This document shows, in pieces, positions 21,691-33,969 of a DNA stretch of 35,476 nt (position 1 is its first letter; the number at the start of each line of letters is the position of its first letter). Under the pieces are notes generated by a model, which was given only the letters and a program-made list of their open reading frames with translations, did no database searches and was not told the DNA's origin. The position numbers and the translations under genes were made by a program. The stretch is taken from NCBI RefSeq assembly GCF_001194135.2, contig NC_069001.1, positions 27,861,172 through 27,896,647 on the forward strand. Direction: 5' to 3'. Source of the stretch: Octopus bimaculoides (lineage: Eukaryota).

Positions 21691-22630
21691 NNNNNNNNNN
21701 NNNNNNNNNNNNNNNNNNNNNNNNNNNNNNNNNNNNNNNNNNNNNNNNNNNNNNNNNNNNNNNNNNNNNNNNNNNNNNNNNNNNNNNNNNNNNNNNNNNN
21801 NNNNNNNNNNNNNNNNNNNNNNNNNNNNNNNNNNNNNNNNNNNNNNNNNNNNNNNNNNNNNNNNNNNNNNNNNNNNNNNNNNNNNNNNNNNNNNNNNNNN
21901 NNNNNNNNNNNNNNNNNNNNNNNNNNNNNNNNNNNNNNNNNNNNNNNNNNNNNNNNNNNNNNNNNNNNNNNNNNNNNNNNNNNNNNNNNNNNNNNNNNNN
22001 NNNNNNNNNNNNNNNNNNNNNNNNNNNNNNNNNNNNNNNNNNNNNNNNNNNNNNNNNNNNNNNNNNNNNNNNNNNNNNNNNNNNNNNNNNNNNNNNNNNN
22101 NNNNNNNNNNNNNNNNNNNNNNNNNNNNNNNNNNNNNNNNNNNNNNNNNNNNNNNNNNNNNNNNNNNNNNNNNNNNNNNNNNNNNNNNNNNNNNNNNNNN
22201 NNNNNNNNNNNNNNNNNNNNNNNNNNNNNNNNNNNNNNNNNNNNNNNNNNNNNNNNNNNNNNNNNNNNNNNNNNNNNNNNNNNNNNNNNNNNNNNNNNNN
22301 NNNNNNNNNNNNNNNNNNNNNNNNNNNNNNNNNNNNNNNNNNNNNNNNNNNNNNNNNNNNNNNNNNNNNNNNNNNNNNNNNNNNNNNNNNNNNNNNNNNN
22401 NNNNNNNNNNNNNNNNNNNNNNNNNNNNNNNNNNNNNNNNNNNNNNNNNNNNNNNNNNNNNNNNNNNNNNNNNNNNNNNNNNNNNNNNNNNNNNNNNNNN
22501 NNNNNNNNNNNNNNNNNNNNNNNNNNNNNNNNNNNNNNNNNNNNNNNNNNNNNNNNNNNNNNNNNNNNNNNNNNNNNNNNNNNNNNNNNNNNNNNNNNNN
22601 NNNNNNNNNNNNNNNNNNNNNNNNNNNNNN

Positions 22631-22642
22631 CTCTTCCGATCT
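22631..22642 (+). other. Illumina adapter remnant (assembly artefact)
   Basis: CTCTTCCGATCT is the first sequence after a 940-N gap and equals the 3' end of the TruSeq/PE adapter (...GCTCTTCCGATCT). Confidence 0.8.
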
Positions 22643-23395
22643 TATATATATGCTAGTATGTTGATGGAAACAGGAAAAATAGTACTCAAAATATGAGCAT
22701 ATGCATATTGTTTATTAATACTTAGCAAAAGTAATTGTGCGACTCAAGGACCGAGAATTTCATGCGTTTGATAAATAAGTGCCAACGCAGAAACCTCTCG
22801 AATCTTCAGTTACTCTATTACTTCCTAGCACAGAATTTTGACAGTGAACAGGTAGCGGTCTCAAAGCGACAAAAATAATTTGGCAAATTAAATTTGAATG
22901 CTGAAGTGAATCTAACAGTGTTTGTGTGTGTTTTAAAGGGCTTATAAACACCTTATAAACACATATCATAATATTACGCTATCTTTAACAGATCTATTTT
23001 AAATCTATTCTACTCTTCCCCGCCAAACTTTGAGTCTATCATAACAAACGCTTTGTCTCTTATCAAAACATACACTAAAACAACCCTGAATAAACGAGCA
23101 CATAACATACACATGACTCCAATATCGAACCCATAATGAAAATCCAACCAATCCTACTAACACTACTAACCGTAGGCAATGGAATGACTTCACCGATTCG
23201 GATTAATTCTATCCGAAATCGCTGACCGATCTAAAACACTTGCCTGACCTGATGTTGAGAGGTTGTCTTCCTTGTCAGTCAATAAATATGACTCTCTTGA
23301 AATGAATATTGTCAGCTTATAGCTAATATTTTGTTTTGACTCTTATTTCTAGCAATGCTGGTGCTGACTTGCACCCTTAGATACTTTCAGTGATG

Positions 23396-23434
<39 letters not shown>

Positions 23435-23720
23435 CAGAAATCCTCACCATAATTCCAATGCAACACTCCGAATTTTCTTCATTCATTTTAGAAGCTTTCT
23501 CTGATCCAAAGAGAATTGAAAGATATTTCAATCCATATAAATTTATAAATTTACAGATATCGAGAGATATCAAGTAAATTGTTTTCTTAACGGTAGAACG
23601 CGATTAGTTGGTGCCATAGATAACTTCTATGGACTATAATTCCTCGTTCTGGGTAAAATTGGAAGGGCTTTGTGAAACAGTTTTCTGCGTGATATTATTT
23701 ATAGTTTAATATATTTGGAG

Positions 23721-23938
23721 TTTTAAGGCGGTGAGCTGGCAGAATGGTCAGCACGCCAGGCGAAATGCTTAGCGGCATTTCGTCTGTCTTTATGTTCTGA
23801 GTTTAAATTCCGCCGAGGTCGATCGTGCCTTTCATGCTTTCGGGATCGATAAATTAAGTACCAGTTGCATACTGGTTTGGATCTGATCGATTGGCTGCTT
23901 CCTCAAAAATTTTGGGCCTTGTGCCTAGTGTAGAAAAG
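23721..23938 (+). mobile_element. SINE family B, full length, with 13-bp target-site duplication
   Basis: AAGGCGGTGAGCTGGCAGAATGG...CTGAGTTTAAATTCCGCCGAGGTCG...; AATATATTTGGAG occurs at 23708-23720 and 23939-23951. Confidence 0.92.
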
Positions 23939-24233
23939 AATATATTTGGAGATCTTAAATCTGCAACGAAGAATTATTTCCAGTCATTCGACGTCTCTAA
24001 ATTGTTATAATATAAACACAAACACACGTATGTCTATGTTTCTGTCAATCAATTTATCTGTTTCTCTGTCAATCTGTCTACCTATATATCCCTAGATGTA
24101 TACAAACACACACACTGTCTCTCGCACACATATGCACACATATACAATGCACCACATCATCCCACTACATATACATATAAATGAGTGTGTGACTACTCTA
24201 TAGTTTGTTTATCTGTTTTTCAATTTCGACTTT

Positions 24234-24610
24234 GCTGGCACTCCGTCGCTTACGACGTCGAGGGTTCCAGTTGATCCGATCAACGGAACAGCATGCTCGT
24301 GAAATTAACGTGCAAGTGCCTGAGCACTCCACAGACACGTGTACCCTTAACGTAGTTCTCGGGGATATTCAGCGTGACACAGTGTGACAAGGCTGACCCT
24401 TTGAATTACAGGTACAACAGAAACAAGTAAGAGTGAGAGAAAGTTGTGGTGGAAGAGTACAGCAGGGTTCGCCACCATCCCCTGCCGGAGCCACATGGAG
24501 CTTTAGGTGTTTTCCCTCAATAAACACTCACAACGCCCGGTCTGGGAATCGAAACCGCGATCCTATGACCGCGAGTCCGCTGCCCTAACCAGTGGGCCAT
24601 TGCGCCTCCA
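24234..24610 (-). mobile_element. tRNA-derived SINE family C, full length and well preserved
   Basis: Minus head TGGAGGCGCAATGGCCCACTGGTTAGGGCAGCGGACTCGCGG...GGTTTCGATTCCC has A and B boxes and a tRNA-like 5' part. Possible 8-bp TSD TTTGTTTA at 24204 and 24612. Confidence 0.9.
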
Positions 24611-25822
24611 CTTTGTTTACGTCTATATATTTCTCAATCCTTGCTTATGCCCCTTGTCTAACATGTAGCCTCTTTCTGTATCAGAGTTGGAAATAGTTGT
24701 AAACTTGTTAAAATTTCTTAATGCTCACAATAGTTGCACTACAGCATCCTCGTCTGTCACTCTACCTTGTAAAAACTGTAATAGAAATCCAAGCTAATAC
24801 CATGGACCCCAGCTGTTGCTGACACATTTACGATTTGAATAAAATATCTATTCTTCTCGATGTACTTCACACCTATTGAAACTTCCAGGTGTATTGTTTT
24901 TCTATTGCCAGAAATTTCAACACAAGTAAAATAAATGTAATTGTCTGGAGTTAACTATCGTTAGTCAAAAGATATTAACTATTGATGCAGATGAACGTCT
25001 GGCTAAGTCGTTTAGGAATGCACTTCATAACTGTGTGGTCTCGCTTTCCCTCATACTATGTGATATCTTGTTTAATTGTAAATAAATGCCAAGCTTTCAC
25101 TCAGGAGATATTTGGTACACAAAACTACTTGGGAAGTCTTTCGAAAAGACTTTTATTCAAACGGCCAGCTTTTCACACATATCTGGCTTTAGAATTACTT
25201 GTGTGGAGTACATACCTGTTAATTACACTTGCTCTTATATTTCATTAATCGTACTTTAATTGATCAAACGTTTAAGGCTCACAGCATATTGTATGTGTGT
25301 ATCTATAAATTTCTTTTATATCATTTAATTATTTAGATAGTAGCTTATTAACTTTCATTAGTGCCGGACGTTTTATTCGTACCTTTTAATATTTAAATAA
25401 TTGTGCTTGTTGGGAATCGCTGCGAAGTTTTTGAGCAAATTTTAGCAGATATTTTCTGCAAATTGTGCCAAAACCGTTTGCGCAATTCGTTAACTCTTGT
25501 AGAAAAAATATGTTTGCGTAGAAAACCTATCTGTTTTAACACTTCTTTTACTTCTCTGAGGTTTCGAACGACGTAGAGATTTCATCTCTGGGTACAATGT
25601 GTCTGGGTCTGAACAGATAGCCTCCTTTTTTAGGTGGAATGTGGATAAAATACAGTCAATGGATTGTGCTTCATAAATGCAATTCTGTATTATATAATAT
25701 TGAAGCGTATGTTTAATCAAGTTACATTTCAGCCGAACCTAATGACCTTGATTAAGAGCTTTTTAAATAAAAGCATTTCTGACAGACATCATAAAGACAC
25801 AGAATCCGAAATTATGAAAATG

Positions 25823-26255
25823 TTACTCTTATTTTTTTACTCTTTTACTTGTTTCAGTCATTTGACTGTGGCCATGCTGGAGCACCGCCTTTAGTCGAGC
25901 AAATCGACCCCGGGACTTATTCCTTGTAAGCCTAGTACTTACTCTACCGGTCTCTTTTGCCGAAGCGCTAGGCTACGAGGACGTAAACACACCAGCATCG
26001 GTTGTCAAGCAATGTTGGGGGGACAAACACGGACACACAAACATACACGCACGCACACACACACACACACACGCGCATATTTATATACGACAAGCTTCTT
26101 TTAGATTCCGTCTACCAAATCCACTCACAAGGCTTTGGTCGGCTCGAGGCTATAGTAGAAAACACTTGCCGAAGGTGCAACGCAATATTACTGAACCCGG
26201 AACCATGTGGTTGGTAAGCAAGCTACTTACCACACCAGCCACTCCTAGGCCTATA
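25823..26255 (-). mobile_element. SINE family A, full length
   Basis: Collinear with 16471-16870 over its whole length; internal (CA)n; TACTCTT-repeat tail. Confidence 0.92.
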
Positions 26256-27767
26256 TTTTATTATACGCCTATAATCTTATTTAAATTCTGCATGTTTGGT
26301 TCAAAATAGTAAATAAGGATACATATTTGTACACTGAAGTTAAAACTGCATTGTAGAATAATACGCTAATACATTGTAGAATAATAGACTTCTGGTCATC
26401 TGCGCAAAAGTTCATAAACATCCCAAGGCATCATCAAATACATTACTTTTAGTTTTTGAGTAAAAATATATAGAATTGATAAAATTGTTTTTATGTATGG
26501 ATCATGTGATTTGTATTATTTTACAATACTTGAAAAAAAAGAACAATAGTAAATGTAGCCAAATTTTTTTATTGCCTGAAAAATGAATTACACACATCCC
26601 GCTCAATATATTCCAAATTTTCTTTAACGATGACAGTTTTAAAATATTTTGTTATGTTTTAACTGTATCAAAACTATTTTTCACAACCAATTCAATTTTG
26701 GCTTTTTTTATTTATTTTCACGATCAGCAAATTCAAAAATAAAGTTTTGGTAATGCTTCTTTATGTTTAAGGAGAAAAAAAGATTATGCCTATTTGAAAA
26801 GTGTTCAAATAACTCGGAAATAGCAATAAAAACATCGACCTTATTCTTCCCATTAAAAGCAAAATCGAGTATATCAGAGCCATTACTTTCAATTCAATAG
26901 CCTTTATGTTATGAAGAAATATTGTATCTCTTCATGTGTGTGTGTATGTGTGTGTGTGTGTGCGCGCGTATGTGAATNNNNNNNNNNNNNNNNNNNNNNN
27001 NNNNNNNNNNNNNNNNNNNNNNNNNNNNNNNNNNNNNNNNNNNNNNNNNNNNNNNNNNNNNNNNNNNNNNNNNNNNNNNNNNNNNNNNNNNNNNNNNNNN
27101 NNNNNNNNNNNNNNNNNNNNNNNNNNNNNNNNNNNNNNNNNNNNNNNNNNNNNNNNNNNNNNNNNNNNNNNNNNNNNNNNNNNNNNNNNNNNNNNNNNNN
27201 NNNNNNNNNNNNNNNNNNNNNNNNNNNNNNNNNNNNNNNNNNNNNNNNNNNNNNNNNNNNNNNNNNNNNNNNNNNNNNNNNNNNNNNNNNNNNNNNNNNN
27301 NNNNNNNNNNNNNNNNNNNNNNNNNNNNNNNNNNNNNNNNNNNNNNNNNNNNNNNNNNNNNNNNNNNNNNNNNNNNNNNNNNNNNNNNNNNNNNNNNNNN
27401 NNNNNNNNNNNNNNNNNNNNNNNNNNNNNNNNNNNNNNNNNNNNNNNNNNNNNNNNNNNNATATATATATTATATGTCATATATACTCTTATGTCTGGGG
27501 AGAGTCATTTTCTTTTTGTGCCTTATAATTTAACACATTCACCGGTAAAATATCCAGTTATTCGTTATTTCGATTTTCCTAAAATTTTCGTTGCGTCTTG
27601 CAACCTAAGGAATGAGTGGAAATTTTACTGGTGACCGTGTTAAATTATGAGGCACAAAAAGAAAATGACTTTCCCCAGACACAACAGAATATGCTTCAAC
27701 ACACGAACTCATATAAAGAATCTTGCAAACCAAAACCAAAAACGAAATATATATATGCATATATATT

Positions 27768-28110
27768 GAGGAGGCATGGTCTAGTGATTAGGTTGTTGCA
27801 TTTACGATTGCAAGATCAGAGTTTGAATTCCTAAGCTGTGTGGTGTGTTATGTTCTTGATCAAAATACTTCAGCTCACAGAGTGAAAAATAGCAACACTA
27901 TAAAAAGTAATCTGCAAGTCATTGGATTATAATAATAAATACTTTTACAACATGAGTAACAAACCCTGAGTCCCCTATTTGTATCAAGTGAGAGGGCATA
28001 GCTAGACGAAAAGCATTCGCATAAGATCTCACGTTTTACACCAGTATGACCTTCTCCTAGAAGGGTGATGTTGCTACACCTAGAGGGTCCCTCAAGTCCT
28101 TTTCTTTTTA
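27768..28110 (+). mobile_element. Diverged CORE-type SINE (family D-like head); 3' extent uncertain
   Basis: GAGGAGGCATGGTCTAGTGATTAGG (A-box-like), GAGTTTGAATTCC (B-box-like), then TGTTCTTGATCAAAATACTT, matching the CORE-like segment of the 21078 copy. Confidence 0.6.
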
Positions 28111-29042
28111 AATATTAATTAATCCATAGCTAAGTGTTACAAGCGGGCTCAGAAGTGACCTGGAAATAACAGTAGCTAAGTTTTGGTTGAATTATGCAAT
28201 AGAACGTGCAATTTTTTTAGCCGGGGCTCAAGAGTCATATAAGGGCCTCAAACCGCGTTATTGATGACTCATTTCAAAGATGATTTCTAGCAATGGCATC
28301 GTTCGTATACGAGAAAGTAGCTACTATGTATATGTATGCATGTATGTGTGTGTGTGTGTTGTGCATATATANNNNNNNNNNNNNNNNNNNNNNNNNNNNN
28401 NNNNNNNNNNNNNNNNNNNNNNNNNNNNNNNNNNNNNNNNNNNNNNNNNNNNNNNNNNNNNNNNNNNNNNNNNNNNNNNNNNNNNNNNNNNNNNNNNNNN
28501 NNNNNNNNNNNNNNNNNNNNNNNNNNNNNNNNNNNNNNNNNNNNNNNNNNNNNNNNNNNNNNNNNNNNNNNNNNNNNNNNNNNNNNNNNNNNNNNNNNNN
28601 NNNNNNNNNNNNNNNNNNNNNNNNNNNNNNNNNNNNNNNNNNNNNNNNNNNNNNNNNNNNNNNNNNNNNNNNNNNNNNNNNNNNNNNNNNNNNNNNNNNN
28701 NNNNNNNNNNNNNNNNNNNNNNNNNNNNNNNNNNNNNNNNNNNNNNNNNNNNNNNNNNNNNNNNNNNNNNNNNNNNNNNNNNNNNNNNNNNNNNNNNNNN
28801 NNNNNNNNNNNNNNNNNNNNNNNNNNNNNNNNNNNNNNNNNNNNNNNNNNNNATAAGACATTCAATACTTCATTTCATTGTACCATCCATTTTAATATTA
28901 TATATTATATATTCTATATCCAACATTAATTTTACAAGAATATAAATAAAACATAAAAAACAGACAGAGTTGGAACTCTTTTAATTAAAATAATATATTC
29001 CTCTATACACGATCATACAAAACCCTTTTTTGTATTTATTTT

Positions 29043-29045
<3 letters not shown>

Positions 29046-29120
<75 letters not shown>

Positions 29121-29205
29121 TATATATGTATATATATATATATATATATATACATATATATACATGTGTGTATGTGTGTGTATGTATGTATATTTGTTTG
29201 CATTT
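29046..29205. repeat. (CT)/(CA)/(TA)/(TG) compound microsatellite
   Basis: Directly visible. Confidence 0.95.
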
Positions 29206-29799
29206 ATATATATAGGGACCAGAAGAAAGGGGAACTTTCTATTCATGACATTTACTTGCACAATGTGATTATAACAGATTTTGTGACGGCCCTGTTCGTA
29301 TTGAAACTCATTAGATACAAACACTGTAGAGTAATTTTGGCAACGTATTCACCTCCAATCTCACATTTTGCAGTGCTTAACTACTGAATTTGCTAAACTA
29401 AGGCAAGTGAAATAACAGAATTCTCCCACAAGAAAACAATTGACGTCACAGATTGCGCTGACGTCGTTTCTTTTAATTCTCATTCATGTTTTGTTCGTTT
29501 CCTGTTTCATACCATCTCGAAAGCTTTTAATCGAACAGATCGATCTCAATACATATGCATGGTTCCATGTTTAGTACATATTCTATAGGCCTCTGTGGTG
29601 AGCCAGTGTTACAAACAGGAAGAAACGCACACATATATATATACACACAATACAGCCAACACACACGCACACGATATACACACACTTACACAAGACACAG
29701 TCACACACAACACACATACGAACACACATACAAACACGCACACGCGGGGACATACGCACCCCCCCCCCACACATGCTCTCACACACATATATATTTACT

Positions 29800-29935
29800 A
29801 TGAGCTTCCACACAGTTCTCATCTCAACCAAATTTGCTATCCAAGAAGACCTTTGCCTACACTGCCATGCTCTGGAACTGAACCTAAAACGATGTAGTTT
29901 CAGAACCACCTTCATAAACACGCTCACAGCAGCAC
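29800..29935 (-). mobile_element. Very decayed SINE family A head
   Basis: AGAAGACCTTTGCC..TGCCATGC..GGAACTGAACCTAAAACGATGT aligns loosely to the family A head. Confidence 0.5.
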
Positions 29936-31053
29936 CAGACTTTTATATTCTTGAAATATCGACAACTTCCATGCATCTATTTATTGAATTGCTATTCGTA
30001 TTTCCAACAATTTATCGGACATTTGTTATTCCAACTCTTAGTTTCTTCCTTTCCTTACGAAATTTAACAGGGATTATAGCAAACAATTATCTTCAGAAAA
30101 ATGTCAGATAAATTTATGTTCGCTATTCTTTTTTTGCTTGCTTTTCTTTTTCTCTCCTTTCTTCTCGCTTTTATTTTGTTATATTTTCATCTCATTTGAT
30201 AAAAATTCATTCACTTTAATCATATTACTCGCCGATAAATGAAGTATAAATCTTCCCAAACTCTTAAACGTTTTGAACGATCTTCGATCGCGTTGCTAAC
30301 TTTAGTATTTAAATAATGTCACACAATAACTCAAGTTTTATGATTATTATATTTTCGTCGTTTTGTTTCAATTCTCACAGATTTACTTGTTTATTTCTCA
30401 GTTTTCTTGCTTTGCTCTCCCTAAAATGTGTCAATTCAATATCCTTCGGTTGAATTTTATATCCCAAAGCAAACAAAAACATTCGGCTGATAAATCAATT
30501 TAGAATAATAACACGATAAAATATTGAGTTGATAAAAAACAGATAAAGGTTTGATAAAATTAATATGCAGAAAACTAAATAAGACTGCAATTCATTATCT
30601 CATTTATTTTTCTATTTCAATTGATTTCGAGGCTACATTTGCATAAAACTCAGTGCATTTCTTGTTACAATAAGCTTTTTAAATTATGTTTAGTTATTTA
30701 TTTAATTCGATTTCAATTCTGCTTCAGTTATTCCAATAAAGATTTAGAATATTTAAGAAAATTATAAGCGAGAAAAATGTAGTTCTGCGAGAGAGGAGGG
30801 AATTGAATGCGAAAGAGAAAGAGGGAGAGAGAGACTGAGAAAGGAAGAGAGATAATGATACAGAAGGAGAAAGAAAGATTGAAGCATAAAACAAAATAAT
30901 TGTTGTACAATAATAAAATCATACTTTTACACATACTTATTCGAGTGCACATGTAATTTATATGAATATATGCACGTGAGATTCTGCGTACACACAAGCA
31001 AATATGCGTATAATTGAGTTTCGATATACGCAAACGTATATAATGCACACACC

Positions 31054-31100
<47 letters not shown>

Positions 31101-31224
31101 CCAAACACACATATATCTACATATATACATACATACATATATANNNNNNNNNNNNNNNNNNNNNNNNNNNNNNNNNNNNNNNNNNNNNNNNNNNNNNNNN
31201 NNNNNNNNNNNNNNNNNNNNNNNN

Positions 31225-31344
31225 GAGAGAGAGAGAGAGTGAGAGAGTGAGTGAGTGAGAGTGAGAGAGTGAGAGTGAGAGAGTGAGAGTGAGAGAGTGA
31301 GAGTGAGAGAGTGAGAGTGAGAGAGTGAGAGTGAGAGAGAGAGA
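31225..31344. repeat. (GA)n-derived 14-bp higher-order repeat GAGAGTGAGAGTGA
   Basis: Directly visible. Confidence 0.9.
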
Positions 31345-32330
31345 CGTACTTGTGAGTGTTTGAGTACGTGTTTTTATCAATTTGGTATTTAAATGTTATT
31401 TATTCGTAAACTTCGAAGTCTATTCCCATTCCTCGTCATACATTGAAAACATTGATATGGGATTGGAAAAAGCGTGACGAACTCATTATCGAAAGCAAGT
31501 TCAATTAATTTGTTACTGGGCTGTAGGTGGAGAATAGTTTTAGAAATAAATTTATATTTTGAAATGAATGCTTCCTTGAGTAAACAATTCCCAGAACTGT
31601 GAGTCAAATATCTGGTATATTTTTCCAAAATGAGATATTAGTCCAGATTGTGATTTAACAGAACACAGAGTCTTCATAAACTCATGTAAGAACTTTTTTT
31701 ATATTCTTGAGAACTATTTACTTAACGAGTCAGGCAGACTCAAAATCTGCTATAACACTGTTTTGTTTTTCTTCCCATCTTAAACCATATTTTCATAAGA
31801 TTTTATGAGTAATACGGAAATTGATCAAATTTTCATTAATTTATTTTTCCATATAAAGAGAAATCTCTGTATATTTTTAGATTCATCATGTTTGCTGCAT
31901 AGGATATATTTCAGTAGGTATGCATAAGCCAGTCCATGTAAGCTGAGGTTGGATATAAACATTTTCAGCATTTAAGATGCGTCTTTTCTGGAAATGTTTG
32001 GTCTTACGTCTCTGTCGTATTGCATATGTATAGAGGAACTACACAATCAACATTTTAGGAATGACTTTAACTGTTTATACTGGAATTAATCAGATACACA
32101 AACAAAGGCTGCGGGGTCGGTAAAATCCATTAAATCATTTTTTTTCTTTTGTTTTAGATGCTAACGCATTCTAGTTTAAACTTCCTGTTGTAATTTCTTG
32201 AGGTTGCATTTGCTATAGATACAATTCGCTCTTAACACCTTCATCATCTCAGGAAGTATATTTAATAATTCTATTATGCATGTATGTATATGTTTATGTA
32301 TATATATATGTATGTATGTGCATATATATG

Positions 32331-32720
32331 TAGCTTGCTTACCAACCACATGGTTCCGGGTTCAGTCCCACTGTGTGGCACCTTGGGCAAGTGTCTTCTA
32401 CTATAGCCTCGGGCCGACCAAAGTCTTGTGAGTGGATCTGGTAGACGGAAACTGAAAGAATCCCGTCTTATATATGTATAGATATATATGTATGTGCGTT
32501 TGTGTGCGTGTGTCTGTCCCCCATCATCGCTTGACAACCGATGTTGGTGTGTTTACGTCCCCGTAACTTAGCGGTTCGGCAAAAAGAGCCCGATAGAATA
32601 AGTACTAGGCGTCCAAAGAATAAGTCCTGGGGTCGATTTGCTCGACTAAATGCGATGCTGCAGCATGGCCGCAGTCAAATGACTGAAACAAGCAAAAGAG
32701 TAAAAGAGTAAAGAGAGTAT
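32331..32720 (+). mobile_element. SINE family A, nearly full length (5' end lost in microsatellite)
   Basis: AGCTTGCTTACCAACCACATGGTTCCGGGTTCAGTCCC...CAGCATGGCCGCAGTCAAATGACTGAAAC and an AAAAGAGT-repeat tail. Confidence 0.92.
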
Positions 32721-32729
32721 ATACTTATA

Positions 32730-32797
32730 TATATAAATATATATCTATGTATGCATATACATATACATGTACATATATATATATGTACGTATATATA

Positions 32798-32857
<60 letters not shown>

Positions 32858-32982
32858 TATATATACATACAGACTCACAAACATACATACATACATACAC
32901 ACAAACATACATACACACATACATACATACAAACATACATACATACATACATACATACATACACACACACACATATATATAT

Positions 32983-33021
<39 letters not shown>
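32730..33021. repeat. (TA)/(CATA)/(CA) compound microsatellite
   Basis: Directly visible. Confidence 0.95.
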
Positions 33022-33024
<3 letters not shown>

Positions 33025-33215
33025 GAGAATATACGAAAAAACAACAACAGACGAGGACAGGTGGTGTAAATAACAAAAGGATGTATTAGTATGACGCTCG
33101 GGAATACGGAAAGTCTTTGACGTTTCGAGCTACGCTCTTCAACAGAAAGAATACGGAGACAAGGAGAAAAACACGGAGAAAAAAAATTGAATAGTGTCCA
33201 GTCAACGGTCAGCAC
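33022..33215 (-). mobile_element. Probable PLE pLTR-derived short element abutting a (TA)n run
   Basis: Inferred from the hammerhead-like motif and the microsatellite junction; boundaries are approximate. Confidence 0.45.
33114..33150 (-). ncRNA. Hammerhead-like motif with a 3-nt insertion in the core
   Basis: Minus strand reads UCUUU-CUG(UUG)AAGA-GCGUAGCUC-GAA-ACGU-C-AAAGA. It has a 5-bp stem I, palindromic ACGU stem III and a GUC triplet; the core is non-canonical. Confidence 0.55.
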
Positions 33216-33969
33216 TTGCGTACCTTGAAAACGTTTCATCTACATTCAACATCACATTTAGTTTTAAACTTGTGTGCATTGTTTTTCAGCTTATTTTCAC
33301 ACATTCTTGTATATGTGTCTCTCTATATGTATGTTAATGGGTGGCGAGTTGTGTGTGTGTGTGTGTGTGATATATATCGAAATAACAGCTCTTGTCAGTT
33401 ATTTATTTATTCACCTAATGTTTAGTATTTATTAGCTACCATTAAATCATTATGGTTAAATTATATTTTCCCTCTTGTGTTTGAAATACTTTTTTCACAC
33501 TCCAGAATTATCTTAGATAAAATAACTAACTGAAAACCGTTTCCCATGTGTATATTTAACACTCTTGTATGAAAATATAATTGTTTTTGCCATTATTGTT
33601 GCAAGACTTGCAGACTTATGTTTACTAAAATAATTTTATGGTAGACTTTCTACTACGTTAAATCTCTTCAACGTGTAAGGTTGCATTCATGTCTTGTAAG
33701 TATAGAAGTAAATGCTACTGAAACAATAATTTGATCCAGATTTGTGGTTTCTTTATTTTGTTTTGTTGTTTTTGTCTTGTTTTCTTTCATCTGCTGACTT
33801 TATAAAAGCTTTCCTACAGTACAGACGTGTTTTCAATTCACATCGATATTTAATGCGAATGGGGTATTTTGAGTTCCATTCCATCAAAACACCCCCTTTT
33901 CGAATAACTTATTGTTTCTCACACATCGTTTACAACTCGCCTCTAGTGAAACAGTTATAATGCTTCATA

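Noticed and set aside
21602-22696. Long ORFs spanning N-gaps (also 8531-9172, 26911-27634, 28274-28945, 33912-34786)
   Set aside because: They are open only because N codons are untranslatable; the flanks are microsatellites.
22760-22812. Minus-strand CUGAAGA...UGCGUU/AACGCA-U-GAAA...GUC hammerhead-like arrangement
   Set aside because: There are 13 extra nt before stem II and stem I does not pair.
24537-24610. tRNA-like sequence
   Set aside because: It continues into a SINE body with no acceptor-stem 3' strand, so it is a SINE head and not a tRNA gene.
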